Assembly: GCF_018350175.1 (NCBI RefSeq)
Contig: NC_058368.1
Location: forward strand, 6,572,001-6,636,000
DNA from: Felis catus
Taxonomy: Eukaryota
Direction: 5' to 3'
DNA: 64,000 nucleotides
Part shown: positions 36,406-49,728 of the stretch, piece by piece
How positions within the stretch are numbered: the stretch's first letter is position 1
How the letters are laid out: every line of letters starts with the position of its first letter
Position numbers and translations under genes: made by a program
Notes under the pieces: generated by a model
What the model was told of the DNA's origin: nothing
Seen by the model: only the letters and a program-made list of their open reading frames with translations
The model's database searches: none

Positions 36406-36835
36406 ATAACTCATAAAACAGCACATATAATTTATAATGCAGTACGATGAACAATTAGGAACAAATTCACAATTCACTCACAATGTTCTACTAATTTAAA
36501 AAAAAATTTTTGAGGCAATTATCACTCTAGCCATAGTATATCAGGAATTTAGCAGAGACTTTGACAAAAATCTTTAGTAACATTGTTATGCTTGTGACAG
36601 GAATTCTGGTTAATGATTACAACTGGGGAGGAAGGAGGAAACAGATGAGCGACAGGCACATGGGGAACTTTGCCTCGTCTGCAGTGCTTTATTAATTAAA
36701 TAATTCTGAGGAAATACGGCAAAATGTTTGGGCGGGTGGGGAATGCTCACTTCTGGCCAATAGCATGTTTTTCTTTCAACAATGACTTTTCCCTTAGAAA
36801 CTCTTAGAAACAGCCTGGATCCCGACCAAACCACC

Positions 36836-37175
36836 GGTCTGAGTCTGTTCTGGCTGCTCTAACACAACACCAGAGACGAGGTGGCTTATGAACGACAGAA
36901 ATGTATCGCTCACATTCTAGAAGCTAGGAAGTCCACCATCAAGGTGGCAACACGCTTGTGCTCTGGTGAGATCCCTCTTCCTGGTTTATAGCTGGCGCCT
37001 TCTCACCCACATGGGAGAAGGGGTCTCTCTGGAGCCTCTTTCATTAGAGCACTGATCACATTCAGGAGGATGCCACCTTCGTGAGGTCACGCCGCATCTC
37101 CAAATACCATCCCACCGGACATGAAGATTTCAACACGGGAATCTGGGGGAGGGATGCAAAAATTCTGACCTTGGC
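36836..37175 (-). mobile_element. MaLR solo LTR (MLT1A-like)
   Basis: ggctgctctaacacaacacc..gtggcttatgaacgacagaaatgtatcgctcacattctagaagctaggaagtcc..atcaaggtg. Confidence 0.85.
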
Positions 37176-37848
37176 ACTGCTGGTTGAAACTCCTTCCTGG
37201 GCAACCCTGGATCTTTTGTGAAAGACCATTACGTTTTGAGCAATGCAGTTCAGCACATAACGCCCTGGGGCCAGCAGTAGAGCCGGGATTGGGAGCTATG
37301 ACCAGGAATCAGACGTCGCATTTTACGGCACCACCTGTGTGGTTCCTCTTGGGGGAATGAGGAGACTTCTATCGGAAGGCGACTCCTGAGCCCTGACTCG
37401 TCCAAGTCAGTTGAGATGCAGAACATTGCCTTCTCCAAATAACTGTGGGTAAAGTCTTTCCTAGAAAGCAACCAAGACTTTCAAAAAAACACTTTGTAAA
37501 ATTGGACCCTGACATTTGAAAACAATTCCTTCCACAGTGAAATCAATTGTTATTGAGTATTTGTATCGCCAACCACATTAGACTGGCCCCTGGTTTTAGT
37601 TTCTTCCTTTTTATAAATAAAATGCAAGTTAAATAGACCTCAATTACATGAAAGACAGCCCTGGACTGAAATCCAGTCCAAGAAGTATTTTACTACACAG
37701 TGAGAAGATACGTTTCAAATCCAGTTTATGCCTGGCCTGACTTGATATGGCGGAGATAATACATTTTTTTTGCAATAGGGTTGATATGAGAGGAAATAAG
37801 CTTTGTACAACGTCTGAGGGGTAAGGGTACACTTGCTGTGTGTGGAGC

Positions 37849-38345
37849 TGTACCAATTAGCTGTTGCTGCATAATAAACCACCCCAAAACTCAGTGGCTT
37901 AAAAAAAGAATAATACTGGGGCGCCTGGGTGGCTCAGTCGGTAAGCTTCCGACTTCGGCTCAGGTCATGATCTCGTGGTCCGTGAGTTCGAGCCCCGCAT
38001 CGGGCTCTGTGCTGACAGCTCAGAGCCTGGAACCCGTTTCGGATTCTGTGTCTCCCTCTCTCTCTGATCCTCCCCCGTTCATGCTCTGTCTCTCTCTGTC
38101 TCAAAAATAAATAAATGTTAAAAAAAAATTTTTTTTTAAAGAATAATACTTATTATCATTCGGAGTTTACGAATCAGCTGGGACGTTCTGCTCATCTAGG
38201 CTAAGCTCTGTCAACCTTGGCTGGTTCCTTCGCTCTTCAGTTAGCGGGAAGTTGGACGGGGTGAATGAGTTAACCTAGGGTGACTTCATTCACGCAACGG
38301 TTGGTTAGCTGGCTGTTGCCTGGGGCACTGAGATAACTGAGGGTT
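37849..38345 (-). mobile_element. MaLR LTR (MLT1F-J-like) 3' part, contains a SINE
   Basis: ttagctgttgctgcataataaaccaccccaaaactcagtggcttaaa... Confidence 0.75.
37918..38137 (+). mobile_element. SINEC_Fc
   Basis: Perfect TSD aaagaataatact. Confidence 0.96.
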
Positions 38346-38497
38346 CGTGCATGTGTACACATGTGTCTTGAAGGAGATAAAGAACAGGGGTCACCACCAG
38401 GGGAAAAAGGACGTCAGCAAAACAGGACTGTGGGGAGGCCACTGGGGACAAATGTGACCTGTGCTGCCTCTTTGCCCATCGCCATGGTCTTTATCCT

Positions 38498-38705
38498 CAG
38501 AGGTTAAGAGGACAGACTTTGAAGTCAGAAAGCCCTGGGTTAAAGCCTCGATCTGGGGAAAGATCCTAACCCGACTGCAACTTAGTTTTCTCATCTCTAC
38601 AGCGTGGATAGCGTTAACAGCCTCTCAGGGGTAGGAATAAGTGAGATAATGTACCTGAATTCGTGAGCATGGCCCTTGGCACGTAGTAGATACTCAACAA
38701 GTGGG
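38498..38705 (+). mobile_element. MIR (near full length)
   Basis: ggttaagaggacagactttgaagtcagaaagccctgggtt...ttagttttctcatct...tggcacgtagtagatactcaacaa. Confidence 0.85.
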
Positions 38706-39644
38706 TGAAAATGTCAGATTCTCAACCTTCTGGGGATTTAATTGCCCCCATGACTCTAGAGGTCCCCAGATTCTTCCTCTTCGTTTGCATATCGACACGA
38801 ACAACTTGGTGTGGTCCCGGTGAGGTGGGACCCACCTTCTGTTTATACTATCATCAGCAAAAGGCAAGGGGAAAGGGGTCCTTGTTAAAGTCTTGATTGG
38901 AAAGACTCTGGTCCCATCATTCGCCCATAGATTGGCCCCTCAGAGAGAGATGGAAGGGAGGTATTAGCTGTGCCTGTTCGGTGAGATTCCAGCCCTAATT
39001 CCCTGGTGTCTTTCAGGAAACTGTCACGAATTAGGGATCCGACTGATCCCTACCGTTGTTCACCAGCTGTGCCCAGAAGAGCAGTGCAGACAGTGATGCC
39101 CAGGGTGAGTTTTGGACAGAAGCGTGTGAGGCATCTGTCCAAGGTGACGCTCCACGGGTACTGGGCCCTGTGGCCCTTGGACTCCCCCCCACCCTTGCCT
39201 GTTGGCTTACAGGAAGCCCGCCGCTGACTACCATTCCTCTACTTAAGAATGTGGCCTCTGGTTCAATGCAACGATCCTTGGGAAAGGTCATATTGAAAGT
39301 GACAGACACATTCCATTTGCGTAAATAAAGGACTAAAGATCTGCCCCCACAACCTCCAGGGAGCTGTGAGCACAGCTTGAGAACTACTGGAAAAATCCAT
39401 CTCTGAGATTCAGCTGCAAAATCTAGGCTCCCCTCTATCCACCTCACTGAAGCAGATCCCAGAAGTAATGGCCCCAACGCTCACTGAAGAATATACCCAG
39501 TGTCTACCCACTACCCGAGGCCACATCCTGGCATCCATACCCATGTTGGCCAAACCTCAGCCCCTTAGAGTTTTCCGAGTGGACCTGAAGCCATTTCATC
39601 ACAGCTGGAAACAGGTGCTGGAAGCAGTCTCTCAGAGACTCCAC

Positions 39645-39647
<3 letters not shown>

Positions 39648-39680
<33 letters not shown>
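39648..39680. repeat. (CA)n microsatellite
   Basis: About 16 perfect AC units. Confidence 0.95.
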
Positions 39681-39681
<1 letters not shown>

Positions 39682-40332
39682 CCTGGAAACCTCCACATTG
39701 CCATCCTGGCTGGCACATGGCCTGCCATTGAGCGGGCGCAATGCGAGTTGTGAGCACACGGCAGATTGGGGGTTATTTTTAAACACCCTTGCTGGGAGGC
39801 AGCAGTGACCTTAAAGTAGGTTGTCTCTCTTTTTCTGGCATTTCAGTTTTATTGTAAAAGCATTTATTTGCAGAAATAGAGAAGGTTAAGCTGCAAAAGC
39901 ACACATGTTATGCAAATGGCAGATGTTGGATGTTTCCCATACGGGCAAAGGGAAACGGGGTGGGGAGGGGCCAGCGGTGACACCCCCTTGGGGTGAAAAA
40001 AGGGAACAAGTGGGCACCCCATCCTGAGAAGGACCATCCTTATGAAACGTGTTCCTCCTCAGACCCGGGGACCCCAGGGGTACCAGGAGCTTCCTGAACA
40101 CAGAAAGGATCACTTCCAGGACCTTCCAGGAAGAGAAAGCAGGTTTTTCCGGTGGGACGGCACCACCAACCCCCTCCCAGAAGTCCCCTTGTTGGTGGCG
40201 ATTGCCTGAGAAATTTAGTGGCATTCCTTGCCAACCCCTGGCTGACTCCATCCCATCAAAAAAGAGAAGACATAAAAAAGAATCCGCTTCTACTCAGAGA
40301 GCCAAGAAATAGGATGAGTGCTTGAAGATTTG

Positions 40333-40547
40333 GGTTTCTTTAAACATTTATTCATTTTTGAGAGAGAGAGAGACAGAGAGCAAGCAGGGGAGGGGCAGAG
40401 AGAGAGAGAGGGAGACAGAGAATCGGAAGCAGGCTCCAGGCTCTGGGCTGTCAGCCAGGCCCGATGCGGGGCTCGAACCCACAAACCGTGAGATCGTGAC
40501 CTGAGCTGAAGTCGGACGCCTAATCGACTGAGCCACCCAGGTGCCCC
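40333..40547 (-). mobile_element. CAN-SINE
   Basis: TSD tgaagattt. Confidence 0.94.
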
Positions 40548-40609
40548 AACCTGAAGATTTAAGTGTTCTGCAAAGTTAGATCCCTGAATAACAATAATCA
40601 TAACACAGC

Positions 40610-40735
40610 AGTATACTAATATATTATACTAATATATTATTACCGTACTAACTAGATAATATGTGGATTGAATATAAAGTGAAATAATAAGTTGGTATAG
40701 TGTCTAATACTATTATTAATATATTATTATCATTT
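40610..40735. repeat. AT-rich low-complexity tract with 13-bp duplication
   Basis: tatactaatatat x2 at about 40612-40637. Confidence 0.7.
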
Positions 40736-41059
40736 CAGTAAGTAGCTCTGCAAACATTTATTAGATGCCTTTTATATACATCACCACCATACCAGACATT
40801 GGGGGTCCAAAAGCCTCGGGCCGTTACCGTGTAGGGGGAGAGATAGATGCATAAACAGATAACCAGTTAAGTATCAATGGAGCCATGGAAGTGAGTAGGA
40901 CAGAGGAGGTGACCAGCCAGGGGACAGAGGCAAGGGGGTGAATTCACGGAGGAGCCTCCTATGGCCAGTGCTTGTGGGAGGTACGGGACTAGTGACGGGA
41001 TGGGAGATCGTGTCAACAAAGGTCTAGCACCTGGACCGTCCTCCAAAATAGCAACTGTT

Positions 41060-41264
41060 GGGGAGCCTGGGTGGCTCAGTCGGTTGAGCATCCGACTCTG
41101 GCCCAGGTCATGATCTCACAGTTTGTGAGTTCGAGCCCGGCATTGGGCTCCCTGCTGTCAGCACAGAGCCTACTTTGGATCCTCTGTCCCCCTCTCTGTC
41201 TGCCCCTCTCCTGCTTGCTCTCTCTCTCTCTCGAAAATAAACAAACTTTGAAAAATAAATAAAT
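41060..41264 (+). mobile_element. CAN-SINE
   Basis: Full body; degenerate TSD aaaatagcaactgtt/aaaacagcagcagctgtt. Confidence 0.94.
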
Positions 41265-41289
41265 AAAACAGCAGCAGCTGTTAATGCTT

Positions 41290-41575
41290 TGCCCTAGGCC
41301 TGGAACCTTCCTGCTGAAGGCCTTACGTGAAGACGGGCGCGACTCCCCCAGGAGATGAGGGCCCCTCAGCCACGTGCCCGCGGCCCTTTTCAGTCACTTC
41401 TCTTAGCACATAGCACGTTGCAACTTCCTGATCTCTTCATTCGACTCTTTCTCTCCCACTGGGCCACGGGCCCCAAACAGTGTGCTTGTCACCTCTGTGT
41501 CCCTAGAGCTGGGCAGAGGGCCTATCACACAGCCAATCATCAATAGACGTTTCTGGAATGCATGAGCAAATGACG
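41290..41575 (+). mobile_element. L2 3' remnant
   Basis: cttgtcacctctgtgtccctagagctgggcagagggcctatcacacag...caatagacgtttctggaatgcatgag. Confidence 0.6.
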
Positions 41576-41894
41576 GAATGAAAAGCATTACAGAAAGTTA
41601 GCCTGCTCCTCAATTCAACTAACTAAGGAACCTTGAGTTCTAGAACAAAAACCCAGATCGCCACCCTCTCCATGCCCCGCCCCTGATTTCAGACCTAGCG
41701 TCAGGCTAGAATTTTATGCTTTCAGGGGCAAAAAAAAAAAAAAAAAAAAAAGGAACAAAGGGAGTGAAGTGATTTGTTACGATGATGGTTACAGTTCTCC
41801 TCTGAAGTGGCAAGTCCACGAATCAGAAAAGCTCACTGGCCTCATTCCGTAACAGGAAGCGTTCTGCGGTGAGACCAAAGAAAGGGTCACCTCG

Positions 41895-42090
41895 AGACAG
41901 ACAAACCCAGAGCATCCTCTTAACTACGGAGAACACACGGACGGTTAAGGCGGGGTGGGGTGGGGGTGAAACAGGCGATGGGGGTTAAGACGTGCACGTC
42001 CCACGATGGGCATCACCCTCTTGTACGCCTGAAACTAATATTACGCTGCATGCTAACTGGGATTTAAGCAAAAAACAGCGACAACAAAAA
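41895..42090 (+). mobile_element. Carnivore L1 (L1_Carn-like) 3' end
   Basis: ctcttaactacggagaac...ttgtacgcctgaaactaatattacgctgcatgctaactgg plus A-rich tail. Confidence 0.8.
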
Positions 42091-42929
42091 GTTTGCCAGA
42101 CGGATCTGCTCCCACTACCACTCTCTTCCCAGCAAGAATCCCTCCCACCTCTTTCCTACCATCGATCCTACGATCGTCTTCCGACCCAGACATCCCGGGC
42201 CTGCTTTCTGGAGGCAAACCAGAAGGAGGTGATAAAAACCGAAGCGAAAACACAACACTTGCAAATAAAAAGCAGCATCGTCTCTTTATTCTCTGGAGCC
42301 GTCATGAGCCGGGATCGGCACGCAGGCTGCTAGTTTCTGAACCGTGAACTGAAGGGTCCCGGAAATGCTCCTTTTCTTCCCCTACAGAAATTTGCTAAGC
42401 GCAACATGATTCCGGCAATCTAATCCTCTCAACCCTCATTTTCTGAAGATTCCCTGAGCATTATACTGCGAAGCCAGACCGTGAGTGTCGAAATCAGGGA
42501 TGAACGGTTACGCTCTTTCTTCCCCATAAAGAAAAAGAGAGTAAATCAACATATTTAATTATGCTTATCTCTACATGTGACTGCGCGCTTCCCTTAAAGA
42601 GATGGGATTTGCGTGAGTCTCTGAGGATTTAAGCTGAACTTGTAAGGCTCGAGACGAGCGTGTGTTTTACCCCCTAAAGAAGACTTGGGCACATTGGGAA
42701 AGCCCTTGTAACCCTTGTCACTTCTTCCCATTTGCTCCTTCTTAATGAAGGGCGAGGAAGGATTTAAGTAGCAATTCGCACCGTTTTTCACTTAATCGTG
42801 TTGGGTTTTCTATCAGAGGAATAAATTGTCCACAAATATTTTTCTTCTGCTTTTGTAATATGTATACCTATTATTTCTGATACGCTGCTTTGAGCAGACG
42901 AAGTTGCCAATAGAGGTGTTCCGAGGGGA

Positions 42930-43085
42930 GCTCGGTAGGCAGAACCTGACACTTGGACTGCTGGGACCCGAGTTCAAATCACAGCCTGGAACCTTCCTTG
43001 GCTGTGCGATCACCCAGGGCCCCTGTTTCCTCCATGGAAAGGGGGAGGTGATGGTGCCTTGCTCATTGTCCTGGGGCCTAGATGC
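42930..43085 (+). mobile_element. MIR
   Basis: gacccgagttcaaatcacagc...cttccttggctgtgcgatc...cctgtttcctcc. Confidence 0.65.
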
Positions 43086-45449
43086 AGCCTCTGGTGTGGA
43101 AGGGGGTAAGCAAATGGCAACAAATCCTGCTGTCTTCACTGCAGTATGCACTCCTCTCTGTTCCGTTGCCCTTTGGACAACCTTTAAGATTTCACACTAA
43201 CGGTGACGGCCGTCGGGGGTTCTGTGTGGCCGAACCACTCCTCCTGTTGGCCTCCAGATTTCAAGCCAGTTGGTAACTAGACACAGATCCCAAAGGAGAG
43301 TCACATCCAATATTCATTTAATTGCTGTTACGGTTATATTGCAGAATGCAGTCTGCACCTGCTGCCAGGGTGGGTCCACTTTCCATTTGTTCTGTCCCTG
43401 CAGTCTAGACCTTGAGACGTGCACGTCGAGGGAGCGGGGTTGGCCTACATTCACGCAGCCAAGGAGAACTGCAGCCTGACCCCTTTCTCATGGTGTCTGA
43501 ATAACTAAGACTCTGAGAGCCGAGCCAAGGGGCCAAGAATGAGCAGTTACATTCAACGTATTGCCACCAATCATTTGGGAAACAGAGATAAACGAATGTC
43601 AGATTCTCACTATTTTCTCACGGGGAAGAGAGAGGGGGGGAATGAGAAGGAAACAACCAACCAAACAAAAATAACTAATTCTTCTTCACTGAGACAAGGA
43701 GCACTGAGGACATCCCCAGGTTATGGACCAGGGCAGGAATATGAAGGGGAAAGAGAATGGCTTTCTTTCTATTGGCTCTTTAAGATATTCCTCTTTTTAT
43801 TTATTTCAAGATACGGTCCCCCAAACAATGAATTCATAAAATTCAATTTAATACACCCGTCTTGCACATTTACTATATGTAGGTGCACCTTGGCAGAGTT
43901 CATTGTATTGCTTATTCGCTGTGCATACAACGGTGTGGCAAAGCCTCCTTCAAACTTGGAAAAGACGGCGTTATGCCAAGGTAACTGTCACAAGACTTCT
44001 CAGAGCCTTGAATGTTCTAAAGTGCTCCGTGGGGTTCCAGGTCCCCTAAAGCAACACAAACCCATTACAGCCGTCTGATTATGTCTGATCATTCGCTGGG
44101 TGGTCAGGCTGTGCCCCAGAATAGAAAGTAGCATGAGTGTGGCCAAGGTTAAAAGGCAGATAAGTGCATCCAGGGAGGAAACCGGTGCGTGATTTAAAGT
44201 CGCTGAGCACAGACCGTGCTTACACCAAGCCCACGTGGGGCAATGTTTACTTCCAGCAAGAGGAGACAGTGCCTGACATCCAGCCCCGTGCGACGCATCG
44301 GTCCCCCACGGCTGGTGGATGGATCAGTCACACAGCCGACACAGGCAGCATGATTGCACGAACCCCACTTTGTCTGCCCCGGAAGGCCCCCGACTCCTTC
44401 TCTGGCGGGGTCTGAAATACAGAAAGCTGAGGCTGCGCCTAGGGGCCACTGACACAGGTGTTTCAGCAGGGCAAAAGAGCACACACTGAGTCCGCAATGG
44501 GGAAAGGTTCCCGCTCACAAGGACAAGCCCAGCACAGACCGTGGGAGCCCGACTATCTCACAGCATGGGCATGTTCTGATGCAGCCAAGTGGGAGTCAAG
44601 GGCCTATGCATGACCCCCTTTCCCAACAAATCACACCTGAAAATCCTGAATGGGGAAAATAAGAATAGTAATACCTGAGGACTCTGACTTCAAAAAGTAA
44701 ATCAAAGCAAGAGGTTTGTGGAGAGGAGTCAAAACTTCAAGGAGGGTCCACCAAGGCGAGTCTCCATTCCTCCTTCCCTCTCATAGCTTTGCTCTGAGGA
44801 TGGCCTCTAGCCACTGAGCAATGTGGCAAGCGTGGTCCTGTCGGCAGCTGAAACTCGCAGAGAAATTGTATCTTTCTGGTCGGAGGACCCAGAGACATCT
44901 CCTGAGGGCTGGAGTGTGGAAGGAAGAGGGCAGAGTGGAGGAAGCCAGAAAGAGGGGCTCTCTTAGGTCCGTATATAAACCTTCCCAAGTCCTAACGCTA
45001 CTCCCCACAAGCAATACGCATGCACAAGACAGACACACACCAGCACCATGAAGTTTCTGAGAACTAAGCTGGGTCGTGAACTGCAGCCCACAGAACGTGA
45101 GACAGAACGCGTGGTCTGAAGCGAACTGAGTTGGTTTCCTGCTAAAACAAACTCCAGCAACCTCCTTAGTGTCATGACAGGACGGAGTGTCCACAACATA
45201 ATACTCGCAATGTCCAGCGCACAATCCAAAATTACCCGATATGCAAAGAACCAGGACGATGTGACCAGTTCTCAAGGGGAAAGAGAAGAGCAGATGTCAA
45301 TCCCAGATACAGGGATTATCAGGCCAAGACTATCAAGCAGCATTAAAACTATGGTCCATGAAGTGAATCAAAACACACCGGAAAGGAATGAAAATACAGG
45401 GGTTCTCATCAGAGAAATAGAAATCATAAAAAAGAAACAAGTGGAGAAA

Positions 45450-45675
45450 TTTTTTTTTAATTTTTTTCAACGTTTTATTTATTTTTTGGGGGGACAGAGA
45501 GAGACAAAGCATGAACAGGGGAGGGGCAGAGAGAGAGGGAGACACAGAATCGGAAACAGGCTCCAGGCTCTGAGCCATCAGCCCAGAGCCCGACGCGGGG
45601 CTCGAACTCATGGACCGCGAGATCGTGACCTGGCTGAAGTCGGACGCTTAACCGACTGCGCCACCCAGGCGCCCC
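45450..45675 (-). mobile_element. Young SINEC_Fc
   Basis: CpG-intact; perfect TSD acaagtggagaaatttt. Confidence 0.97.
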
Positions 45676-46455
45676 ACAAGTGGAGAAATTTTAAATACAA
45701 TATATGAAATTTTAAATGCGACATCGATATGAAAAAAATTCAGTGGGGGGCCGAATAGCAGAATAGAGACGATGTTGGAAAGTCAGTGAAATCTTATCCC
45801 AGACGAAGACAGAAAAGAGTGAAAATAAGTGAACGCTCAGGGTTCTGTGGGACAATACCAAACGTGGCAACATGCGTTTCACAAAGTCCAAGAACGAGAG
45901 AAGAGAAGGATTAGACCAGAACATTACTTGAAAAAATCATGGCTGTCAATTTCCCTAATCTGTTGCGAGACACAAATTTACAGATTTGAGAAGCGCCGTG
46001 AGCCCCGAACAAGACAAACCCTTTCAAAAATACCTGCACACATCGGAATCAGATAGTTAAAAATCAATGATAAAGACAAAAAAAACTTTTGAAAGCAGCT
46101 AGAGAAACATGACACAGTGTGTACAGAAAACAATCATTTAAACTTGTGGATCTGTCTTCAACCACCAAGAAGACCAAAGAAATAGCATCTTCCAGGTGCT
46201 TGAAAGAAAAGAATTGTCAGCTCAGAATTCTGAATCCAGCAGAAATATCCTTCAATAATTAAAGCAAAAAAAAAAAAAAAAGACATTTTCAGATGAAGAA
46301 AAACTATGGAAATTCAGCAGCAGCAGACCTGCTGTAAAAGAAATGCCAGAGGAAATTCTTCCAGCTCTTCTGGAAATGATACCAGAGAGAAGCTTGGGAT
46401 TGAAGGGAGAGCCTGAAAATGGCGGATATGTGAATAGTATAAAAGGCCATTCTCT

Positions 46456-46745
46456 GGGGCACCCGGGTGGCTCTGTCGGTTAAGTGTCCGACTTCAGCTC
46501 GGGTCATGATCTCGTGGTCCGTGAGTTCGAGCCCCGTATTGGGCTCTGTGCTGACAGCTTAGAGCCTGGAGTCTGCTTGGGATTCTGTGTCTCCCTCTCT
46601 CTCTCTCTGCCCCTCTGTCTCTCTGTCTCTCTGTCTCTCTCTCAAAAACAAATAATTTTTTTTATTTTATGTCCTCTCTCTCTTTCACAAAAATAAATAA
46701 ATGTTAAAAAAATAATTAAAAAAATAAGATAATAAAAAAAGAAAA
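46456..46745 (+). mobile_element. CAN-SINE followed by a second SINE 3' end
   Basis: Two successive (CT)n-caaaaa(c/t)aaataa tails separated by a T-rich spacer. Confidence 0.88.
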
Positions 46746-49532
46746 TACGTGTGACTGTTCAAAGCAAAAATTACCAGATTATCTTTGTAGTTTACAATGT
46801 ATTCAAATGTAATACAGAAGACACCGTAACACAAAGATCAGTGTGGGAAGATTAAAGCTTACCAAGTTTCTAATTTAAGTTTCAATATTAACTCTAAATA
46901 GACTTTGAAAGGTGGGTTTGTATATTTCAATACCTAGAGAAACCACTTAGGAACAAAATGTAGCTCCAAAAAAAATCAAACAAATAAATTACAATGGAAG
47001 ACGAAACATTTTCTTAAGTAATCCCACAAAGGCAGGAAAAGATGAAGAGAGGAATCAACAACCGAAGAGACTAAGAGAAAACAAGCGATAAAATAGTAGA
47101 CTGAACCCCAATCATATTAATAACTATGCTAAATACTAATGATCTAAACTCTCCAATGAAAAAAGATAATTAACAGAGAGGATTAAAAAGCACAACCATC
47201 CTATATTCTGGCTACATGACACACACTTTAGATAGAAAGGCGCAAACAGGTTGAAAATAAAGGAGGTCCCATGCAAACAGTCGGCATTAAAAGGCGAGAG
47301 GTGCTATTTTAATATCAAGTAGAATAGACTTCAAAACAAAGAGTATTACCAGAGATAAGGATGGACATGCCATAGACATAAAAGGGAAAGTTCTTTAGAA
47401 AGATGTAACAATTACAAATGAGCGTGCAGCTAATAACACAGCCTCAAGGTTCATGAAACAAACATGGACACAATAAAAGGAGCGATCAATTCCAAAACGA
47501 TCTCAACAACTGATAAAACGACTGGACCAAAACAGAATGAGCAGTGACGCAGAGTATCAGAACAACACTACTCACCACCTTGATCTTACTGACATTTCTG
47601 AGCTACCATATCTAACGGCTGCCAAATAACCTTTCTTTCCAAAGGCGCGTAGTATGTTCACCATAACGCAAGCTCCAATACGTCGAAGAGCATTGAAAGA
47701 ACACAGAGCGTATTCTCTGAGCAGAGCCAGATTACCTTGAAAATCAGTAACAAGGTGATATCTAGGAAAACTAGTATCTGGAAAGGCAACAACACACTTG
47801 TAGATAATTCAGAGGTTAGAGCGCACCGTGGGTGTTCCAGAGGAGGTATAAAGTGTGCAGTGTTTGCTTAATTTAATTGAGCACAAAGTGTTTGGTTCAG
47901 TGGAGTGCTTCGTAAGGCTAGTGCTTCGTGCTGGAAAGCTTGCCTAAGAATTCGCCCCTGAAACCATGGTATCTTTTCTTTTAGGGAGAGAGTGATGTTT
48001 TCATCTGTACGTGTAGAGAATGTTCTAGCTGTCATAAACGCTTAGCAAATTCATACTGATGGGAGATTGCCTCTGTCGTCTGTCCACGGCCATCTAAAAT
48101 TGTTGACTTTTTTGTTGGTGCTTTTCCTGGGTTGAGATTCTTCTACAGAGTTGGCTTGCGTCCCAGAAAAAGCAATTCATCAAGTAATTGCCGAGGGAGC
48201 AAGCCTCGGCTGGAGCACCGGGCGCGGCAGAACCTGGTCTTTCTCGGGAATTTGTCACGGAGCTAATAACAGCGTGCACTGCGGGCACGAGGGTGGAGTC
48301 CCTCCGGTGGCCCCCACTGAAGAGTGATTGTGTTGCAGATATATGAGAGGAGCTCTTTCTCCTTTTTTGTTTTCTTTAAAAAAAAAAATTCCTTTGAGCT
48401 GCTCACCCTGGGGAGAGTGGCTTGGTCTCATTTAAAGGTAATGATTTGCTGGCGATAAGCTGTGAAAGGGGATGGTGGGCGGGCACGAAGGGTTGAGAGA
48501 GGTCTGGGCAGAGGGGAGGTTGGGAGAAGGGCCCCCCGCGTTCTCTGGCTGAAGCTGCAGGTTCCAAAGAGCCTCCCAACACCCCCGGTCCCCTCTGCCG
48601 CCTGGTTCCCTCAAGAGCATCCCCTGTCGAGCTAGCAGTGACCTTGCGCCTCTCCACCCCAGGCATCGCGGCCCAGACAGCCGCTTTGTGTCTGCACCTG
48701 TGCTATGTCCTGAAATCAGTCTGTGTCCCCTTAAGAGATTTCTGAAAACGAAAAGGTGGGATCTCTGGACAGATCCAGAGCTCTGGCACATTATTCCAAC
48801 GGCAGTGTTTGTCAGTTAAGATCCCTCGGCCCAGAAAAGAGCACCGGCAGCTTGGAGATTGCCCAGTATTTCAATATTCCTGCTTAAAGAGACACCGCCT
48901 TCCACGAGGGGACTAAGGCAGATTTCCTCCCTATTATCGCCTCAGGTCGGTGTCTGGGGACTGGAGCCATGCCACCTCAGGATCACTCTGTCCTGACACG
49001 CCTGTGATGGGTCCGGGAATCTGGGGCTTTGGCAAACTCCCCTGGGAAGCCCTGTCTGCAGCCAGGCCAAAGGAGCCCTGTTTCTTACTCTCTCCCTGCA
49101 GGGGGGTCTCATCACCAAGCCCTTCTGGCTCCTCAGGCGCCTGTCCCCTGGCTGACCGGTCGTACTTCTGACAGGAGAGTGCGTCTGTGTCTCGTGTCCC
49201 CTCTGGGCTCTAACGACTTGGCCTGCAGTGCTGGGGGCTCTGTGAGCTACTGGCCGTCCACAGGCCCCGAGGCTGCCTGTCTTTGGGGGAAGGTGGTGCA
49301 GGTCCCTTCTTCCGTGGGCACCTCCTTGCTCCAGATGAACCTGTTTTCTGGCATCATGGCATCACCTGATGTGAACGGATCTCCCGGGGATCTGAGGTGA
49401 AGACTGTAGTATATTGATAATTTTTTTCGCTTTCGTTTTTAAAATGTATACAAACTTCGCGTTCATCTACATAATAAACCTACATAAAAAAACCTGCCGG
49501 CCTACCCAGTCCAATCTTAAAATATCTGATGC

Positions 49533-49728
49533 TTTTTTTAATGTTTATTGATTTTTGAGAGAGAGAAGGAGAGAGACATGGCACGCACGAGCGGGGGAGG
49601 GGCAGAAGACCCAAAGCAGGCTCCGAGCTGACAGCACAGAGCCGGATGCGGGGCCCGAACTCACGAACCGTGAGACCGTGACCTGAGCCAACGTCGGAGG
49701 CTTAACCGACTGAGCCACCCAGGCCCTC
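49533..49728 (-). mobile_element. CAN-SINE
   Basis: Reverse body; TSD core gatgctttt. Confidence 0.93.

Larger units (their letters stand above)
44680..47817 (+). mobile_element. Old L1M (L1ME/MD-like) 5'UTR, ORF1 and start of ORF2 endonuclease; decayed, with SINE insertions
   Basis: ORF1 start MSSAQSKITRYAKNQDDVT; ORF1 C-terminal blocks agaattctgaatccagcagaaatatccttcaa; ORF2 EN-like aatgatctaaactctccaat..., aatagacttcaaaacaaagagtattaccagagataag. Confidence 0.85.

Noticed and set aside
41730..41752. Isolated poly(A) run (another at about 27378-27397)
   Set aside because: No upstream retrocopy body or TSD; treated as a simple homopolymer
45174..45707. 177-aa ORF
   Set aside because: Decayed L1 ORF1 N-terminus running into an antisense SINE; not a gene
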